Part shown: in pieces, positions 1 to 11,039 of the stretch | How the letters are laid out: every line of letters begins with the position of its first letter | Position numbering within the stretch: the stretch's first letter is position 1 | Assembly: GCA_032718475.1 (NCBI GenBank) | Contig: JAUCBJ010007672.1 | Span: forward strand, 1-35,064 | Length of the DNA: 35,064 nucleotides | Direction: 5' to 3' | Origin: Nemertoderma westbladi | Taxonomy: Eukaryota; Animalia; Xenacoelomorpha | Translations under genes and position numbers: made by a program | Notes under the pieces: generated by a model | What the model saw: the letters and a program-made list of their open reading frames with translations, nothing else | What the model was told of the DNA's origin: nothing | Databases searched by the model: none

Positions 1-696
1 ATCATATTGTTTGTACTGTTATTTTACCGTCAGTTATTAATTGTAAATATTTGTTGATGGAAATATTGCTATTTGGATAATACGGATAAATCACCCAATT
101 CCCAATTTTCTTGATAACACTACAGGTTAGAGAGACCGGCTATACATAACAATTGCGATTTATATTAATGTGGTGTGTATTGAATCCAATGTTATTTAGC
201 AGACCCTACGTGAGTCAATTACTGCTCTCTTTATGTGTGATCAAATGTACTGACTGTCGGCAGAATAGTGTGTATGATTGTGATTGGTAACAAAGTATTT
301 CCTAAAGAATACGTTTTATACTTTAATCATAGGCAGTATCGTTGCGTTTAGTATAAGTCTTAGTTCTGTTTAAATAGATAAAGCGCCACGTCCTAAAGGA
401 ACTGTTAATATTTCCCGAAAGCCAATAATATCTGTCAGAGATTAATTATTAACGATCTATCGAATAATACATTAGGTATACACTGCAACCTTACACTGTA
501 ATAATACAATTCAAGCATCCGAATTCAGTCTCCCGGGTGTAGATCCATCGGGTGAATGATCGCGCATGGGCTGACTTCGGCTAATGTTTTGCGTATTAGC
601 ATAAAATATTGTCGTATGCTAAAGTGGTTTTAATTAACTAGAAGACATATAAATTTTGGCAGGTTAAACTGCTAAAGGTCTTCGAAAGCGCGAACA

Positions 697-3158
697 AAAC
701 TGTTAATAAAGGTCAGTCAGATGTACAAATACGATTTAAACTGTTAATAAAGGGCAGTCAGATGTACAAATACGTTTTAAACTGTTAATAAAGGTCAGTC
801 AGATGTACAAATACGATTTAAACTGTTAATAAAGGTCAGTCAGATGTACAAATACGATTTAAACTGTTAATAAAGGTCAGTCAGATGTACAAATACGATT
901 TAAACTGTTAATAAAGGTCAGTCAGATGTACAAATACGATTTAAACTGTTAATAAAGGCAGTCAGATGTACAAATACGATTTAAACTGTTAATAAAGGTC
1001 AGTCAGATGTACAAATACGATTTAAACTGTTAATAAAGGGCAGTCAGATGTACAAATACGATTTAAACTGTTAATAAAGGCCAGTCAGATGTACAAATAC
1101 GATTTAAACTGTTAATAAAGGTCAGTCAGATGTACAAATACGATTTAAACTGTTAATAAAGGTCAGTCAGATGTACAAATACGATTTAAACTGTTAATAA
1201 AGGTCAGTCATATGTACAAATACGTTTTAAACTGTTAATAAAGGTCAGTCAGATGTACAAATACGATTTAAACTGTTAATAAAGGTCAGTCAGATGTACA
1301 AATACGATTTAAACTGTTAATAAAGGGCAGTCAGATGTACAAATACGATTTAAACTGTTAATAAAGGGCAGTCAGATGTACAAATACGTTTTAAACTGTT
1401 AATAAAGGTCAGTCAGATGTACAAATACGATTTAAACTGTTAATAAAGGTCAGTCAGATGTACAAATACGATTTAAACTGTTAATAAAGGTCAGTCAGAT
1501 GTATAAATACGATTTAAACTGTTAATAAAGGGCAGTCAGATGTACAAATACGATTTAAACTGTTAATAAAGGGCAGTCAGATGTACAAATACGTTTTAAA
1601 CTGTTAATAAAGGGCAGTCAGATGTACAAATACGTTTTAAACTGTTAATAAAGGTCAGTCAGATGTACAAATACGATTTAAACTGTTAATAAAGGTCAGT
1701 CAGATGTACAAATACGATTTAAACTGTTAATAAAGGTCAGTCAGATGTACAAATACGATTTAAACTGTTAATAAAGGGCAGTCAGATGTACAAATACGTT
1801 TTAAACTGTTAATAAAGGTCAGTCAGATGTACAAATACGATTTAAACTGTTAATAAAGGGCAGTCAGATGTACAAATACGTTTTAAACTGTTAATAAAGG
1901 TCAGTCAGATGTACAAATACGATTTAAACTGTTAATAAAGGTCAGTCAGATGTACAAATACGATTTAAACTGTTAATAAAGGTCAGTCAGATGTACAAAT
2001 ACGATTTAAACTGTTAATAAAGGTCAGTCAGATGTACAAATACGATTTAAACTGTTAATAAAGGGCAGTCAGATGTACAAATACGTTTTAAACTGTTAAT
2101 AAAGGTCAGTCAGATGTACAAATACGATTTAAACTGTTAATAAAGGTCAGTCAGATGTACAAATACGATTTAAACTGTTAATAAAGGTCAGTCAGATGTA
2201 CAAATACGATTTAAACTGTTAATAAAGGGCAGTCAGATGTACAAATACGTCTTAAACTGTTAATAAAGGTCAGTCAGATGTACAAATACGATTTAAACTG
2301 TTAATAAAGGTCAGTCAGATGTACAAATACGATTTAAACTGTTAATAAAGGTCAGTCAGATGTATAAATACGATTTAAACTGTTAATAAAGGGCAGTCAG
2401 ATGTACAAATACGATTTAAACTGTTAATAAAGGGCAGTCAGATGTACAAATACGATTTAAACTGTTAATAAAGGGCAGTCAGATGTACAAATACGTTTTA
2501 AACTGTTAATAAAGGGCAGTCAGATGTATAAATACGATTTAAACTGTTAATAAAGGCAGTCAGATGTACAAATACGATTTAAACTGTTAATAAAGGCAGT
2601 CAGATGTACAAATACGATTTAAACTGTTAATAAAGGCAGTCAGATGTACAAATACGATTTAAACTGTTAATAAAGGTCAGTCAGATGTACAAATACGATT
2701 TAAACTGTTAATAAAGGGCAGTCAGATGTACAAATACGATTTAAACTGTTAATAAAGGTCAGTCAGATGTACAAATACGATTTAAACTGTTAATAAAGGC
2801 CAGTCAGATGTACAAATACGATTTAAACTGTTAATAAAGGTCAGTCAGATGTACAAATACGATTTAAACTGTTAATAAAGGGCAGTCAGATGTACAAATA
2901 CGATTTAAACTGTTAATAAAGGTCAGTCAGATGTACAAATACGATTTAAACTGTTAATAAAGGTCAGTCAGATGTACAAATACGATTTAAACTGTTAATA
3001 AAGGGGAGTCAGATGTACAAATACGATTTAAACTGTTAATAAAGGTCAGTCAGATGTACAAATACGATTTAAACTGTTAATAAAGGTCAGCCAGATGTAC
3101 AAATACGATTTAAACTGTTAATAAAGGCAGTAAGATGTACAAATACGTTTTAAACTGT
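697..3158. repeat. Tandem array, 41-bp unit (AAACTGTTAATAAAGGTCAGTCAGATGTACAAATACGATTT), ~60 copies, in a GALNT intron
   Basis: Seen directly: ATGTAC recurs at 721 and 762 (period 41). There are a few recurrent variants (GGTC/GGGC/GGC, CGAT/CGTT) and no unique spacers. Confidence 0.97.
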
Positions 3159-3210
3159 ATGCGAATGCTCAATAAATTACTGGCTCATCGTCCAGGAAAT
3201 ACAAGATAAC

Positions 3211-3397
3211 GCCCTTCCACTAACCTATTATTTATTATGGGGCCCTTCCACTAACCTATTATTTACTATGGGGCCCTTCCACTAACCTATTATTTACTAT
3301 GGGGCCCTTCCACTAACCTATTATTTACTATGGGGCCCTTCCACTAACCTATTATTTACTATGGGGCCCTTCCACTAACCTATTATTTACTATGGGG
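3211..3397. repeat. Minisatellite, 31-bp unit (GCCCTTCCACTAACCTATTATTTACTATGGG) x6, overlapping the GALNT exon end and splice donor
   Basis: Units start at 3211, 3242, 3273, 3304, 3335 and 3366. On the minus strand each reads CCCATAGTAAATAATAG|GTTAGTGGAAGGGC (one substitution in the 3211 copy). Confidence 0.95.
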
Positions 3398-3587
3398 GCC
3401 AGTAGAGGTTCCAGCCAACCAGTTGTTGCTTCAATATGAGAGTCAAGTACAGTGATGGTCTGTCCTGAGGTATGACCCACTCCAATTGTTCTAGAACGGA
3501 TCGCCCCTTCTCGTTTGGCGTTGTGCACGACTTTTGTTGGTACAGGTAGCATGGCGACATAGTTGTCTAACGGAGTTTTAAGATAAT
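3380..3587 (-). CDS. GALNT: Polypeptide N-acetylgalactosaminyltransferase, coding exon 5 (GT-A catalytic region with DxH motif)
   Basis: Translates (D)YLKTPLDNYVAMLPVPTKVVHNAKREGAIRSRTIGVGHTSGQTITVLDSHIEATTGWLEPLLAPIVNN(R), containing the family motifs DSH and GWLEPLL. Acceptor TCTTTTCCTTTAG, donor AG|GTTAGT. 208 nt, phase 1 to 2, and it joins the 8145 exon in frame. Confidence 0.93.
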
Positions 3588-3949
3588 CTAAAGGAAAAGA
3601 AAAAGAATAAAAAGACAAGTTAGGTTGCGAAGATGTGTAATCAATATCTGAATAAGTGATTTAACATTAAAAAAAAAACTAACAAACAAGAATATCAAAT
3701 AATTATTAATGTACATGAATCCTACGCTCTTGTAATTATCCCGCTGAACTTCATTCGCTTTCGCAAAAATTGATCTAATAATAGGAAAAACTGGAGACAG
3801 CACACTACGGCTTACAGGCCCAATATAAAATGTGGCATATATAGGGGAATGTCCTGATAAATTAGCCCCCGAATGAACAGAATCGGCCTCAAAACAGTTA
3901 TTATGTAAATCTGTACTTAAAATAAGTATAAACTCTACTATCTACACAG

Positions 3950-4350
3950 TGAAGAAAAGTATAATCAATTGAAACTGAATCCCATAGCACATTTAAATAA
4001 CCTGAGTCAATAAATTATCGTAGATGTCTTGTTTGCATTGTCTGTCGTGAAAAATCAACATTCAAATCACCACACCACAAGAAATTACTACCTGAATTAT
4101 TATTAAATAAATCCAAAAAACCATGCAATAAAAGCAATATGTCATCCGAAACAGTAGCATTGGACTGGGTATCTACCGGGAAATAACTATTGAGTAGCAC
4201 AATATTAATACTTCCTGGTAAGCATATTTTAATCCCATGTATTCGTTTATTATCACTACCAATTTTTACCTGTCTCCTTGTTTTACCTGTCTTAGCAATC
4301 TCCTTTTTATATGAAATACATAAACCTGCACAAGGCCTTCCCATATGATT
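3950..4350 (-). mobile_element. Decayed non-LTR retrotransposon ORF2 fragment, APE endonuclease domain (CR1/L2/Jockey group)
   Basis: ORF 4015..4422 contains GRPCAGL, LLNSYFP and WCGDLNVDF, which are APE-type motifs. The frame continues past a stop as FIDSGYLNVLWDSVSIDYTF. Confidence 0.8.
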
Positions 4351-4508
4351 AATATTTTCAGTCGAAAAATTAAGTATATATGAAATATTATATATGAGAA
4401 AAAAGTATATGTAAAATTTCAAGTTGGAAAATAATGTTTAAGTTTATAGCTGCGACTATCCAAAAGAAACGTTCCCTGTATACAAATTATATCAGCACTC
4501 AAGAGTAA

Positions 4509-4601
4509 TGTGGGGCGAGCCACGAAGTTGGCGGAGCCTTAGCGAATTGACACTGTTAGGGGGTGGGTCAATTTATGCAAATAGTTGTCGTCGTCGTCGT
4601 T

Positions 4602-4661
<60 letters not shown>

Positions 4662-5052
4662 GTCGTCGTCGTTACGATTTTGACATGCTAATAACTTTGT
4701 CGGATTTAAAGCTGCCAAGTTGAAAATTTGTAGGTATCAATATGAGCAAAAGTTGAGATTTTTGAGAGACTTTCATACACCATTAGTGCAATGGTCTCCC
4801 GCTAGAGGGCCACATGTCTAAACATTAAATGCCCTCCCATTTCTTTGCTTTTAATCCGTTTAAGCTGAAACTTGGCAGATATGTATTAGACCATTAGCTG
4901 TGACTTTCAAAGGAGGCGAATCCATCTGCAGTTCTCCAGTCTGCCGCTAGAGGGCCAACGTGACTATTTGCATAAATTGACCTACCCCCTAACAGTGTCA
5001 ATTCGCTAAGGCTCTGCCAACTTCGTGCTGCGCGAAGTCCCCACTTCGTGTT
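4509..5052 (+). mobile_element. Non-autonomous Helentron/HINE-like element, copy 1
   Basis: 65-bp subterminal inverted repeats (4521-4585 and 4963-5027), a (GTC)n microsatellite at ~4587-4672, a 3' hairpin CGAAGT-CCCC-ACTTCG at 5033-5048, a TT end and no TSD. A near-identical copy at 34508-35015 defines the boundaries. The superfamily call is inferred from structure. Confidence 0.85.
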
Positions 5053-5197
5053 CTTATATACTCAACCTTATCTGGTGCAAAGCCAGTTGAATTATATGAT
5101 ACAACAGTTAAAGCATTTTTCCTATAATAAGAGAAATACCCAACAGAATGCGCCGCGGTTGTTTTTAAAGTTCTGCCCGCTGAGAGTTTTAACTACT

Positions 5198-5852
5198 GCG
5201 ATACTCCACTAACCCGAACTGATCCCTCGCGATACTCCAATAACCCGAACTGATCCCTCACGATACTCCACTAACCCGAACTGATCCCTCGCGATACTCC
5301 ACTAACCCGAACTGATCCCTCGCGATACTCCACTAACCCGAACTGATCCCTCACGATACTCCACTAACCCGAACTGATCCCTCGCGATACTCCACTAACC
5401 CGAACTGATCCCTCGCGATACTCCACTAACCCGAACTGATCCCTCGCGATACTCCACTAACCCGAACTGATCCCTCGCGATACTCCACTAACCCGAACTG
5501 ATCCCTCGCGATACTCCACTAACCCGAACTGATCCCTCGCGATACTCCACTAACCCGAACTGATCCCTCACGATACTCCACTAACCCGAACTGATCCCTC
5601 ACGATACTCCACTAACCCGAACTGATCCCTCGCGATACTCCACTAACCCGAACTGATCCCTCACGATACTCCACTAACCCGAACTGATATCTCGCGATAC
5701 TCCACTAACCCGAACTGATATCTCGCGATACTCCACTAACCCGAACTGATCCCTCACGATACTCCACTAACCCGAACTGATCCCTCGCGATACTCCACTA
5801 ACCCGAACTGATCCCTCGCGATACTCCACTAACCCGAACTGATCCCTCACGA
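5198..5852. repeat. Minisatellite, 31-bp unit (CGCGATACTCCACTAACCCGAACTGATCCCT), ~21 copies
   Basis: Seen directly, with CGCG/CACG and CCCT/ATCT variants. Confidence 0.96.
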
Positions 5853-5859
5853 ACGCCGC

Positions 5860-6995
5860 CAGAGTTAAATTGCCCCAGATTCGCCCTATCCTGGTCAACT
5901 CTACTATACATCCATTGTCTCACACAAACCCCACTAGGCCACATTTCTGGATTCAATGCCTTCTCCAGATCCTGGCGTCAAATGCTAACTTTAAAACTTG
6001 CTGAACGGGACTCCTTGTGTGACCTCAATTCCACATCTGCAACTGTAACTGTTATTCCATTACCGGATATCAACTATATCTTTACATGTTGATGGAACAA
6101 CCCGAAACACGAAGATATACGTTGGTGCCGCCTTTAACTTTCCCCCAGCCCCAGTAATCCCATCTCTACTCGAACCTTGATGGGACTTCAATCCAACCTT
6201 TGTCACCTTGACTCGGTGATAATCTTGGGCGTTTCAGAGTACCTGTATGAGATGGAGTAGGAGTGCTACTCAGTGCAGTGGAGCGCATAGGAGTAGTGGT
6301 AACAATTCCCCGTGAGATGCTCTGCCAACATTGCCTATCACCAGTAACTATTCCTTCTCTTGACTCCCTAGCAATTATCCCCTTATGTTGCAATTGTTTA
6401 ACGTGTTCCTTGCTATACCCTGCGGTGTGTAAACATTTAGCTTACCCTAATACCGGTACTGTCAGACTGTGCATACTGTCATTATCATACGTCCTCTATG
6501 TGTCATTAAATAAACTTCAACTTCTTTAGCAACTGCACCGTGATATGATCATGCAAGTGCTCTGCTAAGTGGAGGCGGAGCCAATTGTTGCCCAGCCGTG
6601 TCCATTCCAGATACTTGAGGCCATGTGGTGTTATCGATGCCAGCTGAAACTACTGGCAGACCAGCTTAATTTATAATTCAAGTGCCTCAAATTTCTTACC
6701 AATATTAACCTCTAAAAACTCTATTTTGTTATCAAGCAATGAAATTATGGACCCAAGGTCGGCGTATTTTATTCTATCTGGTTTCGACTTAAACGAGGGC
6801 AGTGACAGTGCTTCTAGTGCGCCAACTGCGATACACGGCAAACTACCTTCTTTTATCTAATTCGATGAGCTATTCCCATATATCTTTTATATTAGCAACT
6901 GTAGCAGTGTGCTCTGGCGTATCACGTCGGTTAACCAACTCTCAACCAATCTTACTAAATAGCATGGACTTCGAACGAAATACTTCATCTGGCAT
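5860..6995 (-). mobile_element. Decayed LINE ORF1 (CR1/L2/Jockey group)
   Basis: Manual translation with stops and frameshifts gives an N-terminal part KSMLFSKIG*ELVNRRDTPEH...NIKDIWE*LIELDK...LP, then a coiled-coil-like stretch, then a C-terminal RRM-like part YIFVFRV...SASFKVSI*RQDLEKALNPEMWPSGVCVRQW. Same strand as, and upstream of, the APE fragment. Confidence 0.7.
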
Positions 6996-7039
6996 GTATC
7001 TACATTATACATTATTATTATCATTATACGGATATTCTT

Positions 7040-7110
7040 AGGTCTCCCCCCTTGAAACCCCACTTAGCTGATTCAAGGAGGGTAAATTAAATTGAAATTG
7101 AAATTGAATT
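7040..7110 (+). mobile_element. Probable 3' terminus of a LINE/SINE (stem-loop plus (AAATTG)n tail)
   Basis: CCCCCTTGAA...TTCAAGGAGG hairpin followed by TAAATTAAATTGAAATTGAAATTGAATT, an arrangement typical of CR1/L2-type 3' ends. Confidence 0.5.
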
Positions 7111-7145
7111 GGAGCCCTACTAGGTGTACTAGCTGTTAACCCCCA

Positions 7146-7378
7146 ACTAAGGGGTTGACAGCAATAGCATAGGGTAGTCCCTTCATTCGACTTTAACTCA
7201 AAGAGTCCACTAACAAACGAAACTTATTCCGATAGAGATAAAATGGCATAAGATTCTACTGTAATGCAGAGCAACTGATCGGTTTAGGTTATTGAATGCA
7301 TTAGCTGCATCTATCATCCGTATCCCTTCATAGACATCACTATCAAACTCGCCACGTAAGTCATGGATGGCTGATTCA
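7146..7378 (-). mobile_element. Reverse transcriptase fragment, CRE-like non-LTR element
   Basis: ESAIHDLR...MIDAANAFNNLNRSVALH, then SNEGTT and YAIAVNPL with the QGDPL segment deleted. Confidence 0.72.
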
Positions 7379-7449
7379 AAAATCAATCTTAAATATAACA
7401 ATTAATTTTTTCTAAACACATAACATATTATTTATGTAAATATTTTTAT

Positions 7450-7950
7450 CAGAGAGGCATTTCAAGGCTTCTCAAAGCCATTCCATCAGAGAGCATATTA
7501 TGCCTCCACTTCCTTGGAAAGGAATTCAGGGTCTCCATGGAGTACTGGCTTGGGGTCTTCATGGTTTCAAGGCCTCTCCCTACCCCACCTGAGCTCCTGT
7601 CTTGCTGACCCATTTGGGGACCATCACATTGGCTGTGCATGTAGCAGTGATGTGGGCAAGAGACCACCTGACATGACTCACTCCTCAGGAATGCTATTTT
7701 CCAAGCAGCCCAATCTGCTGCTCTAGCGCCCCGTAGTGAAGTTCCTGGCTCAGACTGTTGACCAGGCAGACCTGTACTTCCCAAACCGGAAATTGAGCCA
7801 ACATGTAGCTCTGGACGTCACTGTTATCTCCCTACTCCGATCCAGGTCACAAACCTGTCACCACACCTGGACATGCCCTCCCCATCATTGCCTGTAAGTG
7901 AAATCTCGGCCACTGGGATGAGTACCATGAGCCAGACGTGGGATTCACCC
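7450..7950 (+). mobile_element. C-terminal fragment of a CRE-like non-LTR element (zinc knuckle plus restriction-like endonuclease)
   Basis: CLADPFGDHHIGC (CCHC-type knuckle) and, after frameshifts, ADLYFPNRKLSQHVALDVTVISLL (RPAD...LDVTV RLE motif). Confidence 0.72.
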
Positions 7951-8144
7951 CCAGCAAAATGTTTGAGATTTAATATTTTATTTTAAAAGATCGCGAACCC
8001 ATACGAAATTCTATCCTTAGATAGATCCTCTTGATCCCACAATTTCTACTGCTGTAACAAAATCAGTTTCAGGGTTCTTTTTTGAAAAAAAGATTCTGGG
8101 CCCCTTATGAAAAATTATGTTGCCTTAGAAATGTAAGATATTAC

Positions 8145-8314
8145 CTTTACTTGAAAAGTCGTCAACTAGAATGATCTCATGTAGTAGACTTCTTGGTGTG
8201 CGGTTAATAACACTCCAAACAGTTCTTAGCAGTGTGCTCCAGGCTTCATTGTGAAACAGTATAACTACCGAGGTATTCGGAAGAACAGAATAATCGTAAT
8301 TTATCGACTCACAT
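8145..8314 (-). CDS. GALNT: Polypeptide N-acetylgalactosaminyltransferase, coding exon 4
   Basis: [56 protein letters not shown] is the signature GALNT segment. Acceptor TTTTTATTACAG, donor AAG|GTAATA. 170 nt, phase 2 to 1. Confidence 0.96.
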
Positions 8315-8821
8315 CTGTAATAAAAACAAATTAAATTTCCTCTCATCTAAATTATTTGGAAAACAATTAATTCAAGTTAGTTTGATTAATTAGTTTTAGG
8401 TATTGAAAGTCCATCTATCAAATAAATTATTTAAAGAAAGTCTTTCTGATCACTTCTTTCCTTAAACTTGATGTAATAAATTATTTTCTGCTTACTACGG
8501 ATCCCCTAAAGGAACAACAAAATGGCGAGATGTCCCTTAGGGTCTCTCTCCATAGCTTACTCTATTTACCATGATATTGGGTGGGCACATTGATTTCAAA
8601 TGCCCTAAATATCCAAATGTTCAAATGTCCAAATGTCTAGGTTTGCTGATATTTTTACTAGCAGGTTTTTTTATATTGTGTGGTTTATTACAATTATGAG
8701 TTTAATATAATCCCAATAACTATTGAAACAAATATGGCGCGTAGAAAATGTCTCAAAGTTTGAGTAATATAATATTGAAACATATAAAAGTATAAAATAA
8801 TATGTATGATAATCAAATATT

Positions 8822-10345
8822 CATCGATGCTATAAGAAATGTATAGTCGTTGTCGTCACATAACTCCTTGTCACTAAAGAAACGTATAGTTGTTGTCATT
8901 ACAAAACTCCTCGTCACTAAAGAAACGTATAGTCGTTGTCATCACATAACTCCTCGTCACTAATCGATGCGACAAGAAACGTATAGTCGTTGTCATCACA
9001 TAACTCCTTGTCACTAAAGAAACGTATAGTCGTTGTTGTCACATAACTCCTCATCACTAATCGATGCGATAAGAAATGTATAGTCGTTGTCGTCACATAA
9101 CTCCTCGTCACTAATCGATGCCATAAGTAACATATAAGTAACATATAGTCGTTGTCGTCACATAACTCCTCGTCACTAATCGATGCCATAAGTAACATAT
9201 AAGTAACATATAGTCATTGTCGTCACATAACTCCTTGTTACTAAAGAAACGTATAGTCGTTGTCGTCACATAACTCCTCGTCACTAATCGATGCCATAAG
9301 TAACATATAAGTAACATATAGTCATTGTCGTCACATAACTCCTTGTTACTAAAGAAACGTATAGTCGTTGTCGTCACATAACTCCTCATCAATAAAGAAA
9401 CATATAGTCGTTGTCGTCACATAACTCCTTGTTACTAAAGAAATGTATAGTCGTTGTCGTTGTCGTCACATAACTCCTCGTCACTAAAGAAACGTATAGT
9501 TGTTGTCATCACATAACTCCTCGTCACTAAAGAAACGTATAGTCGTTGTCATCACATAACTCCTCGTCACTAAAGAAATGTATAGTCGTTGTCGTTGTCG
9601 TCACATAACTCCTCGTCACTAAAGAAATGTATATTCGTTGTCGTCACATAACTCCTTGTTACTAAAGAAACGTATAGTTGTTGTCATCACATAACTCCTC
9701 GTCACTAAAGAAACGTATAGTCGTTGTCGTCACATAACTCCTCGTCACTAATCGATGCCATAAGTAACATATAAGTAACATATAGTCATTGTCGTCACAT
9801 AACTCCTTGTTACTAAAGAAACGTATAGTCGTTGTCGTCACATAACTCCTCATCAATAAAGAAACGTATAGTCGTTGTCGTCACATAACTCCTTGTTACT
9901 AAAGAAATGTATAGTCGTTGTCGTTGTCGTCACATAACTCCTCGTCACTAAAGAAATGTATATTCGTTGTCGTCACATAACTCCTCGTCACTAATTGATG
10001 CGATAAGAAACGTATAGTCATTGTCGTAGTCGTCACATAACTCCTCGTCACTAAAGAAACGTATAGTCGTTGTCATCACATAACTCCTCGTCACTAAAGA
10101 AACGTATAGTCGTTGTCGTCACATAACTCCTCGTTACTAATTGATGCGATAAGAAACGTATAGTCATTGTCGTTGTGGTCACATAACTCCTCGTCACTAA
10201 AGAAACACATAGTCGTTCTTGTCACATAACTCCTCGTCACTAATTGATGCGATAAGAAACGTATAGTCATTGTCGTTGTCGTCACATAACTCCTCGTCAC
10301 TAAAGAAATGTATAGTCGTTGTCATCACATAATTCCTCGTCACTA
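8822..10345. repeat. Complex tandem array with a 43-bp base unit (AAAGAAACGTATAGTCGTTGTCGTCACATAACTCCTCGTCACT) and longer insertion variants
   Basis: TCACT recurs at 9481 and 9524. Variant units carry AATCGATGCGAT or AATCGATGCCATAAGTAACATAT inserts, or an extra GTCGTT. Confidence 0.93.
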
Positions 10346-10456
10346 TTGAATTTTGGACTAATTGACATTTTAACAAATATCTTTTTACAATTTAACTTTT
10401 CTTTGGGTTATTAAATGTGCGGCATATTATATTTATATTTATAAATATTTGATTAC

Positions 10457-10626
10457 TCTGGTGATCGCATATCTGGAAGAGTCCTTTTAAGAGATATTCT
10501 ATTACTCCCGACTACGTTCATATGGAATTCATCGAATCGCTCTTTAGCCTGACGCCCCTCTTCCTCTGTCATCTCTAATGGAATTCCCATCTCGCCGGGC
10601 CCTTCCCGTGGTTCATCTGGAGGCAC
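10457..10626 (-). CDS. GALNT: Polypeptide N-acetylgalactosaminyltransferase, coding exon 3 (not in ORF track)
   Basis: VPPDEPREGPGEMGIPLEMTEEEGRQAKERFDEFHMNVVGSNRISLKRTLPDMRSP(E), containing the EGPGEMG and SxRISLxRxLPDxR motifs. Acceptor TTATTTTATCATAG, donor AGA|GTAATC. 170 nt, phase 0 to 2. Confidence 0.93.
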
Positions 10627-10917
10627 CTATGATAAAATAACACCGTTATACAACATTAATATCACCGTTTTCAAAAAATAGAAATTAGATTGCTTGAAAT
10701 TTGAAATATAGATAGGTTCAACTAACTCCTCATTTTAGCTATAAGCATTTAAAAAATATGTATACATTGATATTGCACCATTCGTACACATCAGTTATTC
10801 CTAAACCTTATAGCTATTTGTTGGTACTGATGGAAAGGTGACCATGTGGCATGGTCATGTGACATGCCAACCAAAATGTTAAAACTTTGCAAATTATATT
10901 TTACATATAATAAGTAC

Positions 10918-11039
10918 CGGACTGATGAGATAAACATTGGTTGTCACTGGTTCCGGTTGGTTCCTGAATTCGTCACCAAGATTTCTGAAGTCCGCTTCTA
11001 TCCCATTCCATTCATGAGCACCACTTTCGTCGCCATTCT
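10918..11039 (-). CDS. GALNT: GALNT coding exon 2 (stem region)
   Basis: Acceptor TTTTTTTTCAG, donor CCG|GTACTT. 122 nt, phase 1 to 0, open as (E)NGDESGAHEWNGIEADFRNLGDEFRNQPEPVTTNVYLISP. It is needed to reconcile the phases of the flanking exons. No conserved motif. Confidence 0.75.

Noticed and set aside
1-696. Next GALNT exon (expected VVCPIID...GGF motif)
   Set aside because: I could not find it on the minus strand here. The remaining exons presumably lie left of the window.
697-3158. CRISPR-like periodicity in this and the other arrays (5198-5852, 18849-29230, 32149-32475)
   Set aside because: Units are head-to-tail with no unique spacers, there are no cas genes, and the context is spliced eukaryotic genes.
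4508-4723. Poly-arginine, protamine-like ORF
   Set aside because: It is a translation of the (GTC)n microsatellite inside the mobile element. Copy 2 has a different tract length.
8917-10300. Four repetitive ORFs (EELCDDNDY / RSYVTTTT)
   Set aside because: They are chance open frames in a tandem array with mixed unit lengths that shift frame, inside a GALNT intron.
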